Below are positions 34,667-44,629 of a DNA stretch of 64,000 nt, one piece after another; within the stretch, counting starts at the first letter, position 1; every line of letters begins with the position of its first letter. This DNA is from Gammaproteobacteria bacterium (lineage in GTDB: Bacteria; Pseudomonadota; Gammaproteobacteria; CBDBNL01; JAAOII01). The DNA is taken from positions 2,080,001-2,144,000 of the forward strand of contig OZ242372.1 in the NCBI GenBank assembly GCA_965209035.1. The letters are read 5' to 3'. The notes beneath the pieces were generated by a model. It was not told the origin of the DNA and searched no databases. It was given only the letters and a program-made list of their open reading frames with translations. Both the position numbers and the translations under genes were made by a program.

Positions 34667-35541
34667 TATTTATTTTGCTTATTGTGTTGCAGTTTGAATG
34701 CCCGAATACAGTTTTGCATGAGACTGGCGACGGTCATAGGGCCCACGCCGCCGGGCACCGGTGTGATTGCTCCGGCAATCTCGCGAACGGCCGGGTAATC
34801 CGCATCGCCGCAAATTGCGGCCGGATTGCGAGGGTCTCTATTAATGCCGACATCTATGATAGTGGCACCGGGTTTGATCCATGCGGCGGTGACCAGCCCG
34901 GGCACGCCGACCGCACTGATCAGAATGTCGGCACGAGATGCCAGGGCGGCGGGTTCCTTGCTGTGCGAATGCAACAAGGTCACCGAGCAGTTTTCGGCCA
35001 AGAGAATGTGTGCCATGGGTTTGCCAACCAAGAGCGAGCGACCGATGATCACCGCATGCAAGCCGCTTAAATTGGAATGAACTTGCTTCAAGAGGAACAA
35101 ACACCCTTTGGGGGTGCAGGGGATGAAGTTTTTTGGTGTGCCCGAATAAAGTGCGCAAATATTTTTTGGATGAAACCCGTCCACATCTTTATCCGCATTG
35201 ACAGAGGAGAACACGGTTTCTTTACAAATATGCGGCGGCATCGGCAGCTGCACAAGAATTCCGTTTGTCCGCGGATCTTTGTTTAACTTGGCAATATTTT
35301 CCATCAACTCGGCTTGGGTAATGTTGGCGGGGAATTCTCGCAGTTCGGAACGCATGCCAATCTTTTGGCAAGTTCGTATTTTATTGCGCACATAAATGCG
35401 GCTTGCGGCATCATCGCCGATCAGAACCGCGGCCAGGCCGGGAACCATGCCGTCTGTTTTTTTGAGTTGCGCGACAGTATTCCGGCATTCTTCCAGAATG
35501 GTTGCCGCTATCTGTTTGCCGTTAATGACCCGGGCTGTCAT
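34666..35541 (-). CDS. folD: Methylenetetrahydrofolate dehydrogenase/cyclohydrolase
   Basis: KDVDGFHP, PCTPKG, GRSLLVGKP, TPVPGGVGPMT. Confidence 0.98.
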   Translation of the reverse strand: MTARVINGKQIAATILEECRNTVAQLKKTDGMVPGLAAVLIGDDAASRIYVRNKIRTCQKIGMRSELREFPANITQAELMENIAKLNKDPRTNGILVQLPMPPHICKETVFSSVNADKDVDGFHPKNICALYSGTPKNFIPCTPKGCLFLLKQVHSNLSGLHAVIIGRSLLVGKPMAHILLAENCSVTLLHSHSKEPAALASRADILISAVGVPGLVTAAWIKPGATIIDVGINRDPRNPAAICGDADYPAVREIAGAITPVPGGVGPMTVASLMQNCIRAFKLQHNKQNK

Positions 35542-35621
35542 TGATTAAGCATACTTACCGGCCTTACCGACCTTGCCGGCGGCAATGGGAAATCAAAGAG
35601 AATCAACAAAAGCATTCTTCT

Positions 35622-36353
35622 TTATGCGTTAGTCAACCAAACCAGGTTGAAAATTTTTTGCCACGGTTTACCATAGCCGCTGTCGCGGCGATAAGAAGGA
35701 AACAGGTTTGCCTGTTCGTAGGTGCACCAATCCGGAATCTTGCCGACAAGGATATTCTGTGCGACCAATCTTGCCGAAGCGATGGCGTAAAGGTTCGCAT
35801 ACCAGCGTGCCGGAACAGACGATGCTTTTAGATGATGGCGATCTTCTTTTTTCATTTTGCGGTACACATCCTCGCCGACCTCAAAGTGCTTTTGAGAAAT
35901 AGCGGCTCCAAAAGCCGCATGAATCCGATTGGGACTGTCCTCAGGCTGTCCAAACACTCTCTGTGCCAAGTTATCCAAAATCCCGGCAACCAGGCCGCGC
36001 CAGCCCGCATGAATGACCGCCACCTTTTTGGCTGCGGCATCGCAGAGAAACACGGGCAAACAATCGGCTGTCCGTACCGCACAGGCAACAAACGGCACCT
36101 TGGTATGGCAGCCGTCTGCATGTGGGACATGTGGGGCATGTGGGGTCGCACAGTGGGGTGCCGCGATAATGCGTGTGCCGTGTTCTTGTTGCAAACACTG
36201 AACATATTTGACGCCGAATAAACAAGGCGAAGGCGGGCAAAACCTTTGAGGCAAAATACACGCGCGCAGTCTTTGTCGCATCTGCGGACTGGGTGCGTGC
36301 CAATCGGGGTGCAGAACACCTCCGGCCGGAGTTAGCATGGAAAACCGGGACAA
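35622..36353 (-). CDS. pgeF: PgeF/YfiH purine nucleoside phosphorylase/laccase-like protein
   Basis: QEHG, TADCLPV, HAGWRG, CT…FPSYRR; follows rluD. Confidence 0.88.
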   Translation of the reverse strand: MSRFSMLTPAGGVLHPDWHAPSPQMRQRLRACILPQRFCPPSPCLFGVKYVQCLQQEHGTRIIAAPHCATPHAPHVPHADGCHTKVPFVACAVRTADCLPVFLCDAAAKKVAVIHAGWRGLVAGILDNLAQRVFGQPEDSPNRIHAAFGAAISQKHFEVGEDVYRKMKKEDRHHLKASSVPARWYANLYAIASARLVAQNILVGKIPDWCTYEQANLFPSYRRDSGYGKPWQKIFNLVWLTNA

Positions 36354-36357
36354 ATGC

Positions 36358-37449
36358 TTATGAAGAAACTTGATGCTGTCTCAGAAACGCCAAAAGATTG
36401 CTCATATCCTTTGGCAGTTCGACGGTTACCCGGATCGTTTTTTTTGTTTGAGGATGCGGGAAACTCAAAGAACAGGCATGCAGCATTTGGCGGTCAATCT
36501 TGTTGAGTGTGTTTTGTAATAACCGGTTATCCGCGCCGCCAAAACAAGGACGGCGTCCGTAAAGCGGGTCGCCGCAAATTCTAAATCCTATGGCGGAAAG
36601 ATGACAGCGAATTTGATGTGTTCGGCCGGTTTCCAAGGAGACATGCAGCAGAGTATGGCGGGCAAAACGCTCTTTGACCCGATAATGTGTGATTGCGGTT
36701 CGGGCACTCGCGGGCGCGTTTTCGACGGGATAGGCGTGCATCTTTTTTCTGTGATGTTTGTCCCGCCCGATCGGCATGTTAACAGAGCCGCCGCTGATGA
36801 CCCGGCCTTCCGCCAAGGCAAGATATTCCCGGGCAATCAGATGTTTTGTCAGGTTCCTTTGCAGTTTTAGATGTGTCCGATGATCTTTGGCAACCATCAG
36901 CAGCCCGCCTGTCCCCTTGTCCAATCGGTGAACTAAGCCGGCTCTGGGCAAGAATTTCTGTTCCTCGCGATAAGCGAGCAGCCCATTGAGCAGTGTCCGG
37001 TTGGGGTTGCCGGCACCCGGATGGGTTACCAGTTCGGGCGGTTTGTTGACAATCAAAAGAATATCGTCTTCATACCGAACATCCAACTGCATACTTTCCG
37101 GCAGATCTTCGGGTGTCTTTTCGGGGAGTGATGCCCTGATTTGAATTTCCTCTCCCTTTTTTACTTTTGTGGCGGGCTTCGGCAACCCGGTTCTGTCTTT
37201 TAAGTTAACTTGCCCTTGGCAGATCCAATCGCCGATACGGCCGCGCGACAGATCCGGAAACAGGCGGTGGAGAAATACATCCAAACGCATCTCGTTGCTC
37301 TGATAAACGCTCAGGCTCACTTCAAAAACAGGTGCCAGTTGTTGGGTTTTCTTGTTTGAAACCTGTGCCGGCGGGATACGGTAATCCGGGGGAAAGGTCG
37401 CCGTGGGCTCTCTTGCTATGCTTTCGGCTTTTATTGTTGATGCGTTCAT
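36358..37449 (-). CDS. rluD: 23S rRNA pseudouridine synthase
   Basis: S4 domain RLDVFL, HPGAGN, HRLDKGT, LETGRTHQIR, GDPLYG. Confidence 0.93.
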   Translation of the reverse strand: MNASTIKAESIAREPTATFPPDYRIPPAQVSNKKTQQLAPVFEVSLSVYQSNEMRLDVFLHRLFPDLSRGRIGDWICQGQVNLKDRTGLPKPATKVKKGEEIQIRASLPEKTPEDLPESMQLDVRYEDDILLIVNKPPELVTHPGAGNPNRTLLNGLLAYREEQKFLPRAGLVHRLDKGTGGLLMVAKDHRTHLKLQRNLTKHLIAREYLALAEGRVISGGSVNMPIGRDKHHRKKMHAYPVENAPASARTAITHYRVKERFARHTLLHVSLETGRTHQIRCHLSAIGFRICGDPLYGRRPCFGGADNRLLQNTLNKIDRQMLHACSLSFPHPQTKKTIRVTVELPKDMSNLLAFLRQHQVSS

Positions 37450-38591
37450 TCGCGGCGATGTTTATTAATGTCATCATGCCAGGCGTCCTCTTCGGCATGC
37501 ATATATCTTTGTGTGGTGGTGATACTGGCATGGCGGGCGGTTGCTTTGAGGTGGCGGATGTCCACGCCCTTATCCGCTTGATGTGTGATGGAAGTGTGCC
37601 GCATCCAATGGGTGGAGGCGTTGCGTAATTTTTCCGCCTTGCTTGGCGAAAGGCTTTGTACCGCATCCGCCGCATCCGCCATGGTCTTTTTGACGATCAG
37701 GTAAATGGATTTTGAAGTGATGCCGCGCATTCCTTTAAGATCCGCTATTAAAGGTGTTTCGTCTTTGGGACCGGGCAGAGAAGAGAGACCCAGAAAACCC
37801 CTATAGCGTTTTAGTGCCGTCAGCATGTCTTCCGGGACGGGAATTCTTGCCGTCTTATTGCCTTTGCCGGTGACCTGCCACCACCATTTGCCGCGTTCCT
37901 CTTGAAAACTGTTCATCTTATGCATTGCAACTTCATTCAAGCGAGGGGCAAGCAAGTAGAGAATACTGAACAAAAAAAGCCTGCGCTCATACTCGGCAAT
38001 TTCTTGTTCTGTTTTGTGCGGCAGATTGTTGATGAATTCCCACAAGAACTTCCAAAGATCCTGCTCCAAATACCGTTGGATTTTACCGGTCTTATTAATC
38101 TGCTGGCGCAGATCGCGCTTGAATAACAATTGCAACGGGTTGTATTGCAAGTAGCCCATTTGTGTCATGAAACCAAAGGCGGTACTTAAGATGGTCAGCG
38201 ACTGATTTTGACTGGCCGGACTCAGGGGCCCCACAAAAGGCTTCCATGAAGCCTTGTCTCGCGGGACCGCAGGTCCGCACCATTCGCCCGCAGGTTGCGG
38301 GTCTTTGATGAACAATTTGTATTCTTCCATATCTTCCAAAGTCAAGTCGGACAAAGCCATGCCGCGATTGACAGACCATAAGTAAAGACGCTCTATTTCT
38401 TTGCGATAATTTTGTTGTGTGTGCGGCGAAGCGGAGAATCTTTCCAGCCAGACATTCACGGCATCGTAATCCTTGGCGGCGGTTGTCCGTCCCGGCTGTG
38501 GTTGGCGGTTTTTGCCGACGGAGCCGTCCGTTTCTTCGTCCAAGTAACGGGGCAGGGCGTCCAAAGGTACAATTAAGAAATCTCCGCTCAT
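37446..38591 (-). CDS. Tyrosine recombinase/integrase with SAM-like N-terminal domain (TnpS-like)
   Basis: HTQQNYRKEIERLYLW N-domain; catalytic set R (PRLNE), K (GKGNK), HxxR (HWMRH), H…Y (RHASITTTQRY). Confidence 0.9.
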   Translation of the reverse strand: MSGDFLIVPLDALPRYLDEETDGSVGKNRQPQPGRTTAAKDYDAVNVWLERFSASPHTQQNYRKEIERLYLWSVNRGMALSDLTLEDMEEYKLFIKDPQPAGEWCGPAVPRDKASWKPFVGPLSPASQNQSLTILSTAFGFMTQMGYLQYNPLQLLFKRDLRQQINKTGKIQRYLEQDLWKFLWEFINNLPHKTEQEIAEYERRLFLFSILYLLAPRLNEVAMHKMNSFQEERGKWWWQVTGKGNKTARIPVPEDMLTALKRYRGFLGLSSLPGPKDETPLIADLKGMRGITSKSIYLIVKKTMADAADAVQSLSPSKAEKLRNASTHWMRHTSITHQADKGVDIRHLKATARHASITTTQRYMHAEEDAWHDDINKHRRE

Positions 38592-38707
38592 AAAAAAACC
38601 GGACTCATTTTGGCAAAAAATTGCGATACCTTGCGGACGATTGCATCAAGGATCATTATAAAGATACGCGCCGACATACGAAAGCAAAATGTGTTCCGGG
38701 ATCCGTG

Positions 38708-39595
38708 TTATTGAATAGAGACGCGTTTGGCAAAATACAGAAAGGTTAAAGTAACACACATACCCAATATTTGCAGTGTGCCGAGGCTTTCGGCAAACAG
38801 CCACCAGCCCATCACGGCGGCAATAATAGGCTGGATCAAAAGCGTCAGGGAAACCAGACTGGGTGGCAGATACCCCAATGAGTAAGAAATTAATCCTTGA
38901 CCGACACCCTGGCATAGGAGGCTCAAAGTAAGAAGAACCGTCAGAGCGAACAGAGTCGGTATTCGCAGGTCTTCGCCCATCAAAAAGACAGAGGGAATTA
39001 AGAATAAGGATGTGAATATTCCGGTCCACATCATCACTTCGGCCGCGGTGAATTTGAGCCGCAGGCGATTGATGAGTAGTTGATAGCAAGCATAGCAGAA
39101 TGCGGCTACAAGGGCAAGAAGATTGCCAAACAAATGCGCCGAGGCATTTTCTTGGGTGCCGAAAAGCAGAGCAACTCCGGTAAAACCGCCAATCGCACAA
39201 ACGATAAAGAGTTTCCGCACTTTTAAGCCGAACAGCAGCCAGCCGAGCGGTATGATAAAAATTGCCGCCAGATTGGCGAACAGAGTGGAGTAAGCGACGG
39301 ATGTGTAAAAAAGGGAAATATTCCAGGTGGTCAGGTTGACGGCAAAAACCGCTCCCAAAGCGACGAACAGCAGATAATCGCGAGAATCCTTTGGTGCGGT
39401 GATTGCGGATTGACGCGGTGATCTTTCCGCCATCATCAATAAAAGAAAAAAGGGGATGACAAAAAAGACCCGGTAAAAACCGGTTGCTACCGGACCTGTC
39501 TCGCTAAATCGGACCAGAACGGGTGAAAAGCCGGTTAGAACGGCACCGATGACGGCGGCAATGTAACCAAAGCGGATACCAAAGGATGACGGCAT
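38708..39595 (-). CDS. DMT/EamA family transporter
   Basis: 295 aa, ~10 TM segments, GPVATGFYR, LIQPI…LFAE. Confidence 0.88.
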   Translation of the reverse strand: MPSSFGIRFGYIAAVIGAVLTGFSPVLVRFSETGPVATGFYRVFFVIPFFLLLMMAERSPRQSAITAPKDSRDYLLFVALGAVFAVNLTTWNISLFYTSVAYSTLFANLAAIFIIPLGWLLFGLKVRKLFIVCAIGGFTGVALLFGTQENASAHLFGNLLALVAAFCYACYQLLINRLRLKFTAAEVMMWTGIFTSLFLIPSVFLMGEDLRIPTLFALTVLLTLSLLCQGVGQGLISYSLGYLPPSLVSLTLLIQPIIAAVMGWWLFAESLGTLQILGMCVTLTFLYFAKRVSIQ

Positions 39596-39683
39596 AAATT
39601 GGATAAAAGAGTTCTCTTATTTTATACTCAGTAGAACCCGGTTTACGTTTTTGATATGACAATAAAAGAGGGCCGTTAAGAGT

Positions 39684-41252
39684 ATGATTAATGATGAACA
39701 TAAAATAGGAAAAACAATAACTATGATCGAGAATCACCCACAGGTATCAGCGAGCACCAAAAAAAGAGAACAGGTTGGTGCCGGCAAGCGGCGCAAGTTT
39801 CGTCTGTTGCGGTATTTCTCTCTTTTTCTTGTATGCATTATTCTGTTACCCTTGTTACTGATTGGAGGGACCCTGGCATATTTTTTACAACAACAACCGA
39901 ACGAACTGACCCAAAAACCGCCGCACAATGTTACGCAACAGGTGGCGGTGCGTGTACGTAAATCTTACTTGACTGTGCCGGTTCGGATTCGGACCGATCC
40001 TTTGGCGGATAAGTTGCGTCAGGAACTGCCGGACGAATTGGAGATAAAGGAAAGAATTACTGTCAAGCATTTGGGGAATCTGTATATAGATTGTGATCTA
40101 TACAACAGGGGTTTTGATCTGACCGCCGACAATGATTTTTTGATGACGGAATTGTCCGTCCGGTTTAACTGTAAACTTGTCCCGGCGCGACTGCGTCAGT
40201 TATCTACCCGAGTTAAGGGGCAGTTGCGTTTATTCGTGCAAGGGCGAGCCATTCTTAACGAGGATTGGAAAGTGGAAACCATCGTAAAGACTAGTTTTAA
40301 GTGGGATAAAAAACCGACGGTTAATATTCTGAATCGTCCTGTGCGGATTGCCGATAAAATCACCAAGCCCTTGACAAAAGAATTATTGCAAATTGCGAAG
40401 ACTTCCATGGAAGAGTTCTTGGAAGAGCAATTTAATTTGCGCGACGAATTGGCGGCATTTTGGGATGAGATTCAAAAACCCGTTCGGGTTGTGCCGGATC
40501 CTGCGGTTTGGTTATGGGCGGCGCCGAGAAAGATTTACTTTCCGCCCTGGCGCACCGATAATAATACTTTTTTTATGCAGCCCGCACTGGAGACAGAGAT
40601 TGTTGTTCGTTTGGGCGGCAGGCCGATATTGCGACATCGGCAGCTACCCAATTTAAATACGGACCCGGCACCGTCCGATTTTTTTCATTTCAGTGTGCCG
40701 CTTATTTTGGATTATGAGGAGTTGGAGAAAACGGCGATGCGCTATTTGCGGGATGACAAAATTGTTCTTCCCGAAAACCCGCTTTATAGCCATATTACAG
40801 TCAATAATGTATCCGTGTATCCGTCAGCCGACAGACTGGTACTCGGAGTTAATATTAACCTCAAAGGGACCCTGCCATTTTTGGATACCCGGGGAGATGT
40901 TTATGCATTCGCCAACATCACATATGACCCGGTTTCAACCAATTTGACGATTAGTCGGGTTGATTATGCGCGTTCGTTGGATCACCCCATGTGGTCTTAT
41001 GTTACCTGGTTAATTCACAAACCCTTGCAAGATTCTTTAACGGCCGGGACACGTATGCAATTGCGTTCCCAATTGGATGAGGCGATTGCCTCGGTCAATG
41101 CGGTGCTAAACAAAGAGTTGGATGAAAATCTTTACATCCGCGGCCGCCTGACGGATATTAACTTTAGTGATGTTTATCTGCGACAAACGGGCATGCTCAT
41201 ATCGGTTTATGTTTCCGGTCATGCCGCTTTGGATTACGGCGGCAATTTTTAA
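39684..41252 (+). CDS. Membrane-anchored hypothetical protein, DUF4403-like
   Basis: 522 aa, single N-terminal TM, beta-rich body; family assignment from recall only. Confidence 0.55.
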   Translation: MINDEHKIGKTITMIENHPQVSASTKKREQVGAGKRRKFRLLRYFSLFLVCIILLPLLLIGGTLAYFLQQQPNELTQKPPHNVTQQVAVRVRKSYLTVPVRIRTDPLADKLRQELPDELEIKERITVKHLGNLYIDCDLYNRGFDLTADNDFLMTELSVRFNCKLVPARLRQLSTRVKGQLRLFVQGRAILNEDWKVETIVKTSFKWDKKPTVNILNRPVRIADKITKPLTKELLQIAKTSMEEFLEEQFNLRDELAAFWDEIQKPVRVVPDPAVWLWAAPRKIYFPPWRTDNNTFFMQPALETEIVVRLGGRPILRHRQLPNLNTDPAPSDFFHFSVPLILDYEELEKTAMRYLRDDKIVLPENPLYSHITVNNVSVYPSADRLVLGVNINLKGTLPFLDTRGDVYAFANITYDPVSTNLTISRVDYARSLDHPMWSYVTWLIHKPLQDSLTAGTRMQLRSQLDEAIASVNAVLNKELDENLYIRGRLTDINFSDVYLRQTGMLISVYVSGHAALDYGGNF

Positions 41253-41274
41253 GTTTTCACCTGTGCTGCTTGTC

Positions 41275-42630
41275 CTACTTATCCCATGCGGGCGAGATAA
41301 ACTTCGTTAAGTTTGGGTCATCCGGAATAGTGTACTCGCCAATTCCATCCGTCTCCGGCATAACGGATGTTTCCGGTGCCCCCGTAGCCGCACACCAGGA
41401 AACTTCCAAACTAGGGGAATTGAGTGTTTCTGAATTCGGCACCTCGGCAAACAGGGACGAGAAGTCGTGCCGGGGCAAGACCTTTTCCGCAACAAAACGG
41501 GCACGATCGCGTACCGTGGGTGCGGCGAAGCGATTCTTCTCGCCCCATTGCACCATAAAGTGCACCATAAAGTTTTCACAAGTGGAATTGGTTTGCGGGA
41601 CGAATTGGGTAAACGCAATATATCGGTCCAGTTCAAAAAACTCTTTCATCATCACTTCTTCAAACAACATCGCCATATCTTCTTCCGCCTTGTATGATCC
41701 GTAAAAACTTGAGGCACCGTCATGCTCAAAGTTTGTCATTATTTCTTCGGCAGTCATGCGAGGAACGGAGATGTTACGGTGCGGCGGATAATAGTATTCC
41801 TGTGCCGCTTGGCGGAGCGGAAGACTGATGGGATATATTGCGGCCAGTTCTTTGGAAATACGCGCATAATCGGTATTAATGACAAACGCATCGTAAAAAG
41901 TGCTTAAGGGGTCCGGCAGGTTTTCTGTTTCGGGCGGGACAAAATCATTGGCATGCGCCAACTCATGTGCCATCATGATGGCGAAGGGGGGAAGCGTTTG
42001 CTCCAAAGTCCGATTATGCGGATACAACATATTGTGATAGAAAAACGGATCGCTGCCGTTGGCATCCAGATATCGCCACTTTACCGTAAAGGGAGTACTC
42101 TCCGGATCCGAGATGCGCGGATCTTGCGGTATGTTTAGAGAATCCCGTTCTTCCAAAGTTTTCCAAAGAAATGAGGGTGGAATATAAATGGCTCCGTTCA
42201 ACGAACGATAGTAGGGGTGCGGGATACTGTCTGTGACGGCAATGGCTGTCAGGGGGCCGAATAACGGTATATAAGCATCCGGCAGAGCATTCACCAGTTC
42301 GCGCATCCGTTCCAACATCCATGGCTGGCTTGTGCGAACCCGTTGCATAATACGCTCGCGCGTCAGGTTGGAATAAGAATGTCGCAAAATGGGAAGTTCT
42401 TCCAGCAAACAGATGTCTTCAAACAGGCAGTATGACAGTAAATCCGTTTCCGCATCGCCGGTTAAAAAGCCTGTTAAAAATCGCTGTTGGTTAAAAATAG
42501 AGAGTCCGCCGGTCTCTTGATTGGGAGCAAAAGTAAGAGACGCCTTTTTCTCCGCACCCGGTTTTTCTGTGCAAGAAGTCAAAAAAAGAGCACCGCACAC
42601 CAGGGTGACTGTGAACAAAAGTTTATTCAT
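41275..42630 (-). CDS. Lipoprotein with HExxH zinc-binding motif (putative metallopeptidase)
   Basis: Signal MNKLLF…FLTS-C; AHELAHAND; downstream YGSYKAEEDMA. Confidence 0.7.
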   Translation of the reverse strand: MNKLLFTVTLVCGALFLTSCTEKPGAEKKASLTFAPNQETGGLSIFNQQRFLTGFLTGDAETDLLSYCLFEDICLLEELPILRHSYSNLTRERIMQRVRTSQPWMLERMRELVNALPDAYIPLFGPLTAIAVTDSIPHPYYRSLNGAIYIPPSFLWKTLEERDSLNIPQDPRISDPESTPFTVKWRYLDANGSDPFFYHNMLYPHNRTLEQTLPPFAIMMAHELAHANDFVPPETENLPDPLSTFYDAFVINTDYARISKELAAIYPISLPLRQAAQEYYYPPHRNISVPRMTAEEIMTNFEHDGASSFYGSYKAEEDMAMLFEEVMMKEFFELDRYIAFTQFVPQTNSTCENFMVHFMVQWGEKNRFAAPTVRDRARFVAEKVLPRHDFSSLFAEVPNSETLNSPSLEVSWCAATGAPETSVMPETDGIGEYTIPDDPNLTKFISPAWDK

Positions 42631-42698
42631 AGATTATGGCTCATACTTACAAACAACATTAAATATTTTAAGGGATACTAATACTAAAGCATATTATA

Positions 42699-42780
42699 AG
42701 TATAATTTCACCCAGTTTCGGACTTTTGTATGATCCTGTATGATCCCACCCGGTTTGACATTTTTGATGTTTGCATAAAC
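42699..42780 (-). mobile_element. Two tandem IS481 IRR remnants facing the 42630 lipoprotein gene
   Basis: Reverse complement reads …aaaccgggtgggatcataca ggatcataca aaagtccgaaactgggtgaaattatact. Confidence 0.75.
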
Positions 42781-42781
42781 A

Positions 42782-44260
42782 GTGCCGAACCTTGCTGAGA
42801 TTATGCATCATAATAATATTGATTTGATTATTTTAGCAACGACATCCAATTCCTTCCTCATGCGAATCCGGTTTCTTATAGAATGTACATTAATGTTATT
42901 GTATTCTGTCTCTTTTCTAAGAAACCTCTTTCGCTTAAAAATGAAAGGTGCTATTCAAATCGGTGCTCATACGGGCGGTGAGATACAACAATTAAATCAT
43001 GCGGGAGTTAAAGATCTTTTATTGATTGAGCCATTGAATAAAACATTCAAAAAATTGCATGCCCACGCATTTTTACACGAACAAAAGTTTAATAGTTTAT
43101 TATTGGAAAAGGTGGCACTGGGTAATAAAACGGGCAAGGTGACTATGCATGTGGAAACTGCAAATCAAGGTATGAGTTCTTCTGTTCTGGAACCCCAAAA
43201 ACACTTGGAGATGCATCCGCATATTGAATTTAATAAAAAAGAAGAAGTGGAAATGATGACATTGGACAATTTGATTGCCAAGAAAAAATTGCCCGCTGAT
43301 CGCTATAACACATTGTTGATAGATGTCCAGGGTTATGAATTGAATGTCTTGAAAGGTGCGACAAAAACACTAAATGGCGTAGATTATATTGTCTCAGAAA
43401 TTAATGGCACAGAAATGTATAAAGGGGGAGCACTCGTGGAAGAATTGGATGATTATCTTGCCTTATTTGGTTTTCGCCGAGTGGCAACTGTTTGGGTAAA
43501 CAGAAGAAAAAAAACTTGGGGCGATGCTTTATATATTAAGAATCCTACTTTTTTGCAGCAATCTATATCCGGCAGTATTTTTTGGATGCTATCAAGAGAG
43601 AAGTATTGGCGACTGGAAAAATTTAAGAAAAAATGTCGAAAATGGTATACTTTTTATCGGTCTGTTTCAAAAAAGAGCAGAAGAAAAAGAAAAAAAGAAC
43701 AAAAAATTATTCAACAATGGGAGCAGCAATCCTGTCCTCTGCCACCGCCATCCATATACAAATATTCTGTTTTACGAGAATATGCCCGCAATGCCAAGAT
43801 TAACATCTTAGTGGAAACCGGAACATATAAGGGAGGGGCTGTTACTCATCTGCTGCATGATTTTGCAAGCATTTACACCATAGAATTGGATGATGACTTA
43901 TATCGCCGCGCCCACATTTACTTTGCCGATATGAACAATGTCTTTTGTTTTCATGGCGACAGTAGTATAGAACTGGAAAAAATAACCGCCGGTATCCATC
44001 AAGAAGCGATATTTTGGTTAGACGGACATTATTCCGGTGGAATCACTGCGAAGGGTAAGAAAGAAACCCCCATATTAGAAGAACTAAAATTTATATTGTC
44101 AAGAAAGAAACGAGACATTATTCTTATTGATGATGTGCGACTTTTCGGACATGAGCAAGACTATCCGACATTGGAAAAACTCCTAAAATTTGTGTTATCA
44201 GCAAGAAAAGCACATATAGAAAATAAACACGATATCTTAAGAATCATCTTAGATAATTAA
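42782..44260 (+). CDS. FkbM-family methyltransferase fused to a second SAM-methyltransferase-like domain (start probably 42893)
   Basis: IGAHTG, IDVQGYELNVLKG; second domain VETGTYKG, FWLDGHYSG, ILIDDVR. Confidence 0.85.
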   Translation: MPNLAEIMHHNNIDLIILATTSNSFLMRIRFLIECTLMLLYSVSFLRNLFRLKMKGAIQIGAHTGGEIQQLNHAGVKDLLLIEPLNKTFKKLHAHAFLHEQKFNSLLLEKVALGNKTGKVTMHVETANQGMSSSVLEPQKHLEMHPHIEFNKKEEVEMMTLDNLIAKKKLPADRYNTLLIDVQGYELNVLKGATKTLNGVDYIVSEINGTEMYKGGALVEELDDYLALFGFRRVATVWVNRRKKTWGDALYIKNPTFLQQSISGSIFWMLSREKYWRLEKFKKKCRKWYTFYRSVSKKSRRKRKKEQKIIQQWEQQSCPLPPPSIYKYSVLREYARNAKINILVETGTYKGGAVTHLLHDFASIYTIELDDDLYRRAHIYFADMNNVFCFHGDSSIELEKITAGIHQEAIFWLDGHYSGGITAKGKKETPILEELKFILSRKKRDIILIDDVRLFGHEQDYPTLEKLLKFVLSARKAHIENKHDILRIILDN

Positions 44261-44288
44261 AGTGTATATTTTCAGCATAGTATAAAAA

Positions 44289-44534
44289 ATGAATATGAAA
44301 GCAAACAGATATCTTTGCTATGTTTTTCGTCCTCCTCGCTATAAAAAAAGTATCTCCGAACTTTTCAAAGGAAACCCAAGACATCTCATCGAGAATTTTC
44401 GTTTAAGAAAATTATATTTTCTCGGTTTTAGATATCCCGAGAGATACTCATCTTTTATTATTTTATTAATGAGGACTTTCTTAAAATTATTAATGAAGGT
44501 TTTCTCAAACGCTTCAAAACTCAATGAGCAATAA
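44289..44534 (+). pseudogene. 5' fragment duplicate of the 45815 gene
   Basis: First ~54 aa nearly identical to 45815-46939 (MKANRYLCYV…RYSS), then unrelated sequence. Confidence 0.88.
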
Positions 44535-44629
44535 AAAGGAGATGTCTTTTATTAATATGCTTTGGAGGGAACATGCTTGTAGGCAAATAAAATTTCCCCC
44601 CGGGGGCATTTTTTGATGACACGATTACT

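Noticed and set aside
39622-39660. Possible very degenerate IS right ends here and at ~23570-23600
   Set aside because: Only an aaccgggt core matches; ccgg motifs are frequent, so not counted without a profile search.
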